Virus record (IMG/VR): IMGVR_UViG_3300044998_000126
Coordinates: 1 to 40,771 of that record
From: a virus
Taxonomy: Duplodnaviria; Caudoviricetes
Reading direction: 5' to 3' (one strand)
Length of the DNA: 40,771 nt
Both the position numbers and the translations under genes were made by a program. The notes below the pieces were generated by a model, which saw nothing but the letters and a program-made list of their open reading frames with translations, did not search any database and was not told the DNA's origin. Shown in pieces: positions 17,214-27,800 of this stretch. The stretch's first letter is position 1; each line of letters begins with the position of its first letter.

Positions 17214-18817
17214 TGTCTCGCAGACGTTCCTCCGTGGCGGATTTTTTGACCGCCTTCAATCAGGCGTACAACACGACCAACCAGGTCGTGCAGGATTTTG
17301 AGATCGCCAAGATCGCCAGAGCCAAGCCGCAGGAGTTCCAGGGCTTCACCGAAGGCCAGGGTAACGACCTGAGAGCGGCGGCCGAGCGCGGCGACAAGGT
17401 GGACATCCAATACAAGGATGATGGCCAGGGGAACCAGGTCTTTGACCGGTATGTGGTCACTCCCCAGATGCCCGAGGGCCAGGCGGGCCCAGTGCAACCG
17501 CGCCAGGTGGCCATGCAGGGCGTGACTGAGTTCATGGGCAACCGCGTTGCTGGCTCGATGAGTGACGATCAGGTCAACAGCGCACGACAGCGTGCCATGG
17601 CCGGCGTCATTTCGCGCAATGACCCGGTGCGTGGTGCCGCGATGATGCGCGACATCACCCGCGACGAGCGAGACACCACGCGCTTTGGCTGGGAGCGGCA
17701 GAACAACGAGCGCCAGATTCGACTTGATCTGGAAGCCGATGCGGACAAGGAGGCGTTGCGTGCGATCGACGTCAAGACTGGGGAGTGGTTCACCAATCGC
17801 CTGACGAACCCCGATGGAACCCGGCGAGAGGCGACGGTGGACGATCATCTAGCGGCTACCCAGTTCCGCGCTGCGCAGCTGATGGCGGCCGGCCGAACTG
17901 AAGCAGCTGGGCGCGTCATGAGCGAGTACAACGTCCAGAGCCTGATCAAGATCCAGCGCGATACCGCGGAGCGAAACGAGGCGATCGGCCAGGCCGCGGC
18001 TGCGCTGGCATCCGGCAACTTGCAGCCCCTGCAAGACTTCTACAACCGGTTCACACCAGACGGCGCCCAGGTCACGAGTATTTCCCGCAATGCGCAGGGC
18101 CAGATCGTGGTCGAGCGCACCACGGATGATGGACGCCCACTGCCGCCCGCCACGCTGGACCAGGGCCAGGTGCTGGCCTCTCTCAATAGCTTCAGTGATC
18201 CGAAGGCTCTATATAACTGGAGTCAGGACCAGTTCCGTAACAACTTGGCGTTGGCGGCAGAGCGCCGCGCTGGCGTACAGTTCGCCCAGGGCCAGATGGA
18301 TCGACGGCAGGCTCAGGCAGATGCCTCTGCGCGGTCGGAGGCTGCTGTTGCCTACGCTGAGTACAGGGCAAGAGCCCAAGGTAGAACGCTGAGCGATGCA
18401 GAAAGAAATGCCATCAGGACTGGCGTGATCGATGCGGTGCCGCGCTCAGATGGGAATGCGCCTGCCCAGGTTCAGTTGGCCCGCGCCATGGTGGAGTCTG
18501 GCCTTGCCCCTGACATGGCGACCGCCCTTGACAGAGTTATGAGTACGCCCTCGAAGTCGGCCCGCGACACGTACATCAATCTCATGAGGCCCGACTCATT
18601 CGGTAACACTCCAAATGAAGCCAGAATTGCACCCATCATGGAGGCGGTATTTGGTGCGGACTGGCGCGACCAGGTAAGGGGGCGGCCTGCCGGTCAATCC
18701 CGCGCGGCATCGCCTGCTCCAGCGCCGATTGCTCGTGGCCAGGTGGTCGATGGATACGAGTTCCGGGGTGGAGATCCGAACGACCAGAGAAACTGGCGTC
18801 AGGTCAACCGGCCGTAA
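17213..18817 (+). CDS. DNA ejection (internal virion) protein 2
   Basis: GAGG RBS, TGATG coupling, helical composition, lies between ejection protein 1 and the giant protein. Confidence 0.7.
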   Translation: MSRRRSSVADFLTAFNQAYNTTNQVVQDFEIAKIARAKPQEFQGFTEGQGNDLRAAAERGDKVDIQYKDDGQGNQVFDRYVVTPQMPEGQAGPVQPRQVAMQGVTEFMGNRVAGSMSDDQVNSARQRAMAGVISRNDPVRGAAMMRDITRDERDTTRFGWERQNNERQIRLDLEADADKEALRAIDVKTGEWFTNRLTNPDGTRREATVDDHLAATQFRAAQLMAAGRTEAAGRVMSEYNVQSLIKIQRDTAERNEAIGQAAAALASGNLQPLQDFYNRFTPDGAQVTSISRNAQGQIVVERTTDDGRPLPPATLDQGQVLASLNSFSDPKALYNWSQDQFRNNLALAAERRAGVQFAQGQMDRRQAQADASARSEAAVAYAEYRARAQGRTLSDAERNAIRTGVIDAVPRSDGNAPAQVQLARAMVESGLAPDMATALDRVMSTPSKSARDTYINLMRPDSFGNTPNEARIAPIMEAVFGADWRDQVRGRPAGQSRAASPAPAPIARGQVVDGYEFRGGDPNDQRNWRQVNRP

Positions 18818-18819
18818 AA

Positions 18820-18835
18820 CGTGGCAAGCATGGCA
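18820..18835 (+). promoter_or_regulatory. 16-bp motif, copy upstream of the giant gene
   Basis: Exact CGTGGCAAGCATGGCA, intergenic. Confidence 0.65.
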
Positions 18836-18869
18836 CCTTCAGGCTCTGTTGAAATGACGGGGCTTGAGC

Positions 18870-21800
18870 ATGTCAAAACCTTGGGAACGCGACTGGTCCA
18901 CACCTTCTGAATCTTCTGCCGGTCCAAAGCCATGGGAAAGAACCTGGGCGGCTGAAGCGCAGCCTGTCAGTCGCGGTGCAAGGGCTATTGCCTCTGATCT
19001 GGCTAAAGGCTTGGGTGGCGCAGTGGTTTCCGCTGTTGGCGCCGTACCGACTGCCGTAGGCCGAGCGGTACAAGAAGGCGGGGAAACACTTTTTGGGCTC
19101 AGTATGGATGAGGCCCGTCGCCTGGCTGAAGCCGATGGCACCCCTGAGAAGGCGCTGGAGTGGCACGAGCGCGCCAATCGACTCAACCCAATTTCTGCTG
19201 CTGGCCGGGCCATTGAATCAGGTGGGCAGTGGATAGGCCGTCAAGGCGATCGCTTGCGCGATTCACGTTCTGATGAGGCCAAGAAACGGGCTCGTCAATC
19301 CACCCCAGACGGCGATCTCATGCGTCCATCTACTTGGACGATGGGCGAGAACCCAACCGTCGAGGGTGTTGCTCAAGTCACTGCTGATGTGATTGGCAGC
19401 ATGGCTCCACCGATTGCCGCTGCGATTGCAACGCGTGGCCGCTCTGCCACGACGCAGATGCGCGTGGGTGGCGCAACAGTCGCCGGCCAGATTGGCGGCG
19501 CCGCCATGGAAGAGGCAGGCGACTACCTGAGCCAGTTCACCGACGATCAGCTACGACAAGCATCACCCGTGTTTCGTGATCTTGAGGCCAAGGGGTACAG
19601 CGCAGCCGATGCGCGAACCATCCTGAGCCGCGACGCAGAAAACCGAGCCGCCACGTTTGCTGCGCCTGTGGGTTATGTGGGTGGCCAGGCGACCGCCGCG
19701 ATCCTTGGCAAGCCTGGCGAACGGTTGGCCGGTGGTTTTGGAAGCATGGCCGCAAAGGCCGGCATATTGGGTGCTTTGGGTGCAACTGAAGAGGGTTTGC
19801 AGGAGGTTGCTGAAGGCGTGGCCACACGCGCCGGCATCAACAACGCCACGGGCATGGACCGCTCTTTAACCGAAGGCACCTTTGGCGAGTTCATCTTGGG
19901 CGCCAAGGGCGGCGGTGTCACGGGCGCAGGAAAGGGTGTGCTCGAAGGATTGCGTGCACGGCAAAGCGCTGATGGTGCCATCACTGATGATGGGACCAGC
20001 CCGACTGTCACACCGGAAGGCGGAAACATGCCGCCCGCCGCTGCTGCGCCAGAGGCGCCGCTTGTCACATCCCAATCCAGTGATCCGACTTCGCGCTTGG
20101 CGGAGTTGGATATCCTGGCCGAGCAGCGCGACCTGACGCCGGCCGAGCGCCAGGAAACGATTGACCTGCTGACCGCCCTGCAAGATGAGCAAGACGCAAC
20201 GCAAGGAACCGAAGGAGACGCCCCGCAAGCCCCGGCAGTGGAAGCGCCAAAGGCAACGGGAGGCGATGGAGCCGCCGCTGCTGGAGTACCCGCAGAACCT
20301 GCCGCCCCTAATGTGGAAGCCGCTGGGCTAGAGCCCGAGCGTGAGGCGGCCAAGCGCACCAATTTCTGGACCTGGATCGGCACCAAGGGCTACAAGCCCG
20401 CCGATGTCAAGGTCGGCACACCGCTGCACGCCGAGCTGAAGGCGGAGTTTGACGCGCTGCGCAACGGCCAACCGCTGCCGTCCAAGGCGCAGCCGGCCGC
20501 GCCGTCTGTCGATCCGGTGGCCGCCGTCACGGCATGGCGGGAGCGGTTCCCGGCCAAGCCGCCGTCCGGCATGAGTGAGGAGCAATTGCACCAGTTTGCC
20601 GGCGAGCGCCGCAACGCGGATGCGCAACTGGTGCAGCAACTGGAGCCGCAGGCCAATGGGCTGGTGCTGCCCACGGCCACCGGGTTCGGTGGCATCACGC
20701 AAGACCCGAGCGAGGCGGGCAAGTGGCGCATCACCCGCTTTGATGCGGCCATGGAGCCGGTCGGCCATGAGGTCTACAACAGCGCCCGCGAGGCGATCGA
20801 GAACCTGCTGCCGCGCTTCCAGGCGCCGCGGGCCAAGCAGGCAGAGCCCATCCTGCCGCCGCTGCAACCGCAGCCGAGCGTGGACTTGCAAAACCGTGAC
20901 CGCTCGCGCGCTGCGTCCGTGGTGCAGATGAGCGACATCGCCCGCAACCCCGATTACATGCGCCTGGGGCCAAGCCGCACTCCGGACAGCGGGGCGCCGA
21001 TGGTGTTTGCCGTGGGCGACGACGTGAGCCGCATCCCGGCGGAGAACTTCGGCCGCCAGGACGTGGCCGTGATGAGCGACGGCCAGCGTGTGCCGTTCCG
21101 CTACGCCGTGGTGGATGCCACGAAGGTCAACCCGTCGAACTTTGCCGATGGCCGCCAGAACCCGGAGTTCAGCAGCACGACGCCGGGCACGATCAAGGCG
21201 CTGAACAACGGCCGCACCGCAGGTGTTCGTGCCGCGCATGAGATGGGCACGGCCGGCGAGTACGTGGCCGGCATGCAAGCCGACGAGGCGATGCACGGCA
21301 TCCCGGCCGACGTGATCGCGCGCACGCCGAATCCGATGCTGGTGCGCGTCTACTCCGATGCGGCCAACACCGCCAACATGGCCGCCAAGAGCCAGGGCCA
21401 GGGCCTGGGCATGAGCCCGGCCGAGTTGGCCCGCCAGGACGCGCCGCTGATGGATTCGAGCGTGCTGGGCGTGTACGAGCCGGGCGAGATCACCAGCGCG
21501 GCCAACCGCGACTTCGTGCGTGCGTTCATTGGCAAGCTGCAAGCCGCCGGCCAGGACGTGGCCGGGATGATGACTGGCGACGGGCAACTGTCGCAGGACG
21601 GCCGCAAGCGCATCCAGGCCGCGCTGATGCAGGCCGCCTACGGCGATGTTGATCTGGTGGAGGAGATGTTTGACTCCACCGACACCGACATCAAAGCCAT
21701 CGGCGAGGCGCTGAAGGCCGTCGCCGGGCAGTGGGCCAACATGCGCGACTCGGCCCGACTGGGTGTGATCAACCCGCAGGTGGACGTGACCGAGAACCTG

Positions 21801-24800
21801 GTGCAGGCGGTGAACCTGATCCGCAAGGCCCGGCGCGAGCGCATGAGCCTCAAGGATCTGGTGGCGCAGCCCGACCTGATGACGGGCGAGACGCCGCACG
21901 CGCTGACCGTGGGCATACTGCGCGTGTTCTACGATGGCCAGAACTTCACGCGCGCGGTCGGCCGCGACAAAGTGGTGGCCAAGCTGGAGGAATACATCCG
22001 AGCGGCCATGGCCACCTCGGCAGACGCCGGTCTGTTTGGCGGCGAGCCTGTGTCGCCGGCCGACATTTTGGCTACCATCACCGGACAAGGAGCACTGGAT
22101 GCGCAAACTCAACCCGAAGAAGGCCGAGGAGAACCCGCTGGCAGCGGCGATTCTGGGGGCCGTGTTGGTGAAGTACGGCCGGCTGGAGAACAGCCAGACG
22201 CAGATCGAGGCGGGCGAGCGTCTGCTGAAGATCGCGGAGCAGAACCAGGACAAGATGCCGCGCCTGAAGCCCGACAGCAAGATGGCCAAGGCGATCAAGG
22301 CGGCCAAGGAGGCGATGGCGCCGGCCAAGGCGGTACCGCCGGAGGACAGCAAGGAAGCGCTGAAGGCCAAGCCGACAGACTGACCCTGCCTGTCAAAAGC
22401 CCGCTGGACGCCGACGCCAAGAAGCCCGCGCGAAAGGCAAAGGGCGAAGGTGTAAAGGCAAAGCCGGTAGAGGCCGCCAGCGACCAGCCGGCCATCGACC
22501 GCGAGAAGCTGGACAAGGATTTCCGCACCTTCCCGACACAGATCCTGAACAACCTGCTGGAGCGCGGCGAGGCCGCCAAGCTCTACAAGGCCGCGGGCGT
22601 CAAGGGCGCCAGCGCGTTTGGCGACTTGGCCATGGATGACAAGGCCGCCGCCTACGTCAAGTTCGTGCAGCAGGGCGGAAAGCCGGTCGAGAACCTGCCC
22701 AAGGACTACAACGCCTGGGTGAAGAGCGAAGAGCGCGCCGCCGAGGTGCGCCGGCTGCAATCCGACCGCGTGGTGCGCCAGGAAAACGGCAAGCCCTTCA
22801 AGAGCAAGACCAGCGCGCAGCAGTACCAGGAGCGTTACGACCTGACCGGCACGCATGAGGTGGTGGCGGTCGATGGCGGGTTTGAGCTGCGCCAGCTTTC
22901 GCCGGCCGCGCAGGCTGAGCTGAAGCGCAAGGCCGAGGGCCGCGAGAGCTACACCGAGGCGCAGGCTGCCGTGGCCGAGGAAATGGGCATCGGTCAGACG
23001 CCGGATGGCGAGTGGGACGCCACCGACGAGCAGTTTGACGAGATGGAGCGCCGCGTGCAGGCAAGGATGCGCGGCGAGCCTGCCGAACCCCTGCTGACCA
23101 ACCCCACCCGTGAGGACGTGCTGGCCCAGCAGGAGCGCGCCGAAAACGCGCAGGCCGCCGACGAGCGCGAGCAGATCCGCCGCGAGAGCGAAGCGGGCGC
23201 CGGCACCTTCAGCCTGGAGATGCAGGACGGGCGGCAGGACACGACGGCGGACCTGTTCCGCCAGACGGCACCCAAGCCGACCCGCCCGGCGGTCTCTCCC
23301 AACACCATCTTTACCGAGGACGCCGCGGCCAAGGCGCGTGAGCGCCTGCGCAAGAAGCTGTGGCAACTCAACAGCGGCCTCGACCCGGAAATGATGATGG
23401 ACGGCATCACGCTGGCCGGCTATCACATCGAGAAGGGCGCCCGCACCTTCGCCGCCTACGCCCGCGCGATGCTGGCGGACCTGGGCGACGGCGTGCGCCC
23501 CTATTTGAAATCGTGGTACATGGGTGTCAAATACGACCCACGGGCCGCGGGCTTTGACGGCATGGACGACGCCGCCACGGTGGAGTCTGCCGATCTTGAC
23601 GCGCTGACGGCGCAGGAGAATGACGATGTACCAGGTTCCGATGTCCGTGTGGAACGCGATCGCCAAGAGCCAGCCCCTGGGCCAGCCGTGGGCGACGCTG
23701 TTCCGGATGACGCCGGAGGATCTGCCGAGGGGAATCGCGCAGATGGTGGACGCACCCGCCGAGGCGGCCGGCGCGGACAACCGGACGGTGCTGGCGTATC
23801 GACTGGTGGCGCCGTTGCTGGTGGAGAACGAAGCGATCTCGGCCTACCTGGAGGAGACCCGGCAGCCGAACATGCGCGCGTGTCTACCGGAGCTGACTTC
23901 GGTGAACGAGGCAGTGACATTGGCGTCGATGGAGTATCGACTGACCCCATCCCAGCAACGCAAGTTGACGCAGTTGCTACGCGCGGCGATGAGCGGGCAG
24001 AGCGCGAGCAGGCCCAGCGACGCGCTGACCGCATCCCGGTAATTGCCGGCAACGCGGAGAACATCCGCCAGACGCTGCCGTATCTGCTGGCAGGCCAGCA
24101 GGAGGATGTGGCCAAGGCCGAAGCCCGGTTTGCGCAACCGGACGGCTACGGGATGCTGTTCACCAACGGCACCGGCACCGGCAAGACCTTCACCGGCCTC
24201 GGCATCGTCAAGCGCTTCGAGCGCCAGGGCAAGGGCAATGTCCTGATCGTCGTCCCCGACGACAAGATTGCATCCGACTGGATCGAGTCCGGCCGCGCGC
24301 TGGGCCTGACGATCACGGCGCTGCGCGACACCAAGGACGCCGGCCGCGGCATCACGGTGACGACTTACGCCAACCTGGGCGAAAACGACGCGCTGGTGTC
24401 GCGCCAATGGGATCTGTTCGTAGCTGACGAAGCGCACGAGCTGATGAAGTCGGCCGATGGCTATGTGACGAAAGGCCTGGCAGCGCTGCGCGCGCTGTCG
24501 CTGCACCCGGATGGCGCCCACACCCGCTACGAAATGCTCAACCGGCCGGACATTCAGAAGGCGGCCGCCCTGGACGAGCAGATCAAGGTCAACCTGCGCA
24601 TGATGTCCCGCGACGACACCATGGATGTCATGGTGGAGTCGCTGCGCCGGGAGAACCAGCGCATGGAGGCCGAGCTGGCCGCCCTGTACGCCAAGCTGGA
24701 CGCCGCCCGTACCGCGGTGCGCGAGGACGTGAAATCGCGCCAGGGCGCCAGCCGCCCCCGTGCGGTATTCCTGTCGGCCACGCCGTTCGCCTACGAGTTC

Positions 24801-27800
24801 AACATCGACTGGGCCAACGGCTATCTGTTTGATTACAACGAAGGCCAGTCGGACGAGAGCCTGGAGTTCCGCGGCTACAACCAAGGCAGCAACCGCGACC
24901 GCTTCTTCATGACCCACTTCGGGTACACGATGCGGTACAACAAGCTGACTAAGCCGGCCCCGTCCAAGGTGGACACCGGCCTGATGCAGCGGCAGTTCAA
25001 TTCCTGGTTGAAGTCGCGCGGGGTGCTGTCGGCCCGGATGCTGGACGTGCCGGCCGACTACGACCGCAAGTTTGTGCTGGTGGATTCTGCCATCGGCAAC
25101 CGCATTGACGAGGCGCTGTCCTGGCTTGACGAGCAGCGCCTGGCCGACAAGACCGGCGGTTTCAGGCTGCTGCGCGACACCATCGACGAGAAGTTTGACT
25201 ACCTGAGCCGACGCTACCTGCTGGAGGCGATCAAGGCGACGGAATCGGTGCCGATTGTGCGCGAGCACCTGCGCCTGGGCCGCAAGGTCGTTGTGTTCCA
25301 CGACTACAAGAAGGGCGGCGGTTTCAACCCGTTCGACATCAAGCCGTCCGACGCGCCGGCGCTCGATGGCGAGCGCCAATCCGATCAGCAGGCGTTCAAT
25401 GACACGCTGGCCACCTTCCGCGAGAAGTTCAAGGATCTGGTGGACGCCCCGCTGGGGCGGCTGCCGAGCCCGATCGAGGTGTTCAAGCGCGAGTTCCCTG
25501 ACGTTCTGCTGGTCAACGGCGACGAGAAGAAGGCCGACCTGCTGGCGCGCTACAAGAAGTTCCAGGACGACGCGAGCGGCCCGCAGGTGATGCTGGTGCA
25601 GTCGGCCAAGAACAAGGGATGGAGCGGCCACGACACGACGGGCAAGCATCAGCGCGTGCTCATCAACCTGGGCATGCCGACCGCGCCGACCCTGGCCATC
25701 CAGCAGGAGGGACGGATCTACCGCACGGGCCAGGTCAGCAACGCCATCATCCGCTACCTGAACACAGGCACCAACTGGGAGCGCTGGGCGTTTGCCACGA
25801 CGATCGCCAGCCGGGCCAGCACAGCCGAGAACCTGGCCATGGGCGAGCAGGCGCGCGCCCTGAAGGATGCCTTCGTCGCTGTGTTTGAAGAATCGGACGC
25901 CTACCCGCCGGGGCACGAGGGCGAGGGCACAGGCGGCAAGGCGCGCGACGCTGCGGCCAACAACGCCTTGACGGCCTACGACCGCGCCAAGTACTTCTAT
26001 TGGGCAACCCAGAAGAAGAACAGCAAGACCAAGGCGCAGGAGGGCACGGACTACTTTGCCACGCCGGAGCCGGTCGGCCTGAAGATGGCCGAGTGGCTGG
26101 CCCTGCGTGGCGGCGAAGAGGCACTGGAGCCCAGCGCCGGCCATGGCGCGATTGCCCGCTGGCTGCCGGATACGGTCAAGCGCACCGCCATCGAGCCGTC
26201 CGGCGCGCTGCGCGCCCGCCTGGCGATGGTGATGAGCCCGAAGGATGACCGCATCATCGACGGCGTGTTTGAGGACCACCACGTCAGCAACAAGTACGAC
26301 GGGATCGTGATGAACCCGCCGTTCGGGGTGGGCGGCAAGACGGCCATCGAGCACTTGGCCAAGGCGGCTACGCACCTGCGCGACGGAGGCCGCATCGTCG
26401 CGCTGATCCCGACCGGACCGGCCGCAGACAAGCGTTACGAGCAGTGGATGTACGGCACCGAGCAGCGTCCGGTCAAGCCGCTGCTGGAGCATCCGACCCT
26501 GGGCTCGATCTACGCCGGCGACACGGTTCGCACCCGCGCCGCCTGGGCGCCAGAGGGTCGCGTGGTGCGTGCGCGTGATGGCGCGCTGATGGTAAAGGTC
26601 GAGGGGCAGCCCGGAGAGAGCATGGTGTCCCTGGGCGCCGTGACCGAGGTGCAGCCGACAGGCGTGCGAACCCGCGAGGTCCGTCCGGCCGAAGGCATTT
26701 ACACCGTGGGCGAGATCCGACTGCCGCAGGTGACGTTTGAGCGTGCCGGCACAAAGGTGGCCACGCGCATCGTGATCCTGGAGAAACAGTCCGACCGCGA
26801 GCGCGCGCCGAATGCCCGCGCGCCGATCGACCTGACCGATGTCACAGACATTCGGGAGCTATTCGACCGCCTGGAGAGGCTGGAAATGCCCGGCCGCCGC
26901 ATGACGGCCGCGCAAGAGCAGGCCGCAGAGGCCGAGCGTGCCGAGCAGGAGCGCGCCAGGCAGCGCGAGGAAGCCCGCGCCAAAAAGGCCGAGCCGGGTG
27001 CGCCGAAGGCGGCCAACCCCGATGCCGTTGGCACCGTGGACCGGGCTGGCCATGAAATCATCGAGCACGTCACCCAGAAGGGCAAGACGATCCGCGGCAT
27101 CGTGCGCACGGATCTTTTGAAGGAAGAGGCGCAGAAGATCGACCCGTACACCTTCCGCAAGTATGGCGGCTGGTTCATCCGCGAGGTGTATCTCAAGTCT
27201 GACGACGCCCCGATGGCCAGCCGCGGCCGCGCCGGCGGCATGACGGAATCCGCCGTGCGCCAGGTGGCCGACACCATCACGTCACGCTGGACCAAGGCGC
27301 CGACCGTGGTGGTGGTGCCGAACATGCAGGACATGCGCGTGCCGGAGGCCGCGCGCCAGGAGGACGCCCGCCAGCGCGCCGCCGGCGCGACGGGGGTGCC
27401 GCGCGCCTTCTACGACCGCGGCACCGTGTACCTGGTGGCCGATGGTCTGAAGAGCGTCACCGACGCCGCCGAAGCGCTGTTTCACGAGGCGCTGGGCCAC
27501 TACGGGCTGCGCGCCGTGTTCGGCTCCGCGCTGGACGGCATCCTGGACCAGATCGCCGTGGCACGGCCGGACCTGATGCGACCGAAGGCCAAGGAGTACG
27601 GCAAAGATCTGAAGGTGCTGAAGCAGCGCCGCGAGGTGGCCGAGGAAGTCCTGGCCGAAATGGCGCAGACGAAGCCGAACCTGGGATTCGTCAAGCGCGC
27701 GATCGCAGCCATCCGCACCTGGTTGCGCCAGAACGTGCCGGCCCTGAAGGACATGGCGCTGACGGATGCCGAGATCATCAACAACTTCATCCTGCCCGCG

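Noticed and set aside
19882-20136. 84-aa +1 ORF in the giant gene
   Set aside because: TTG start, no RBS, R/S/P/W-rich shadow composition.
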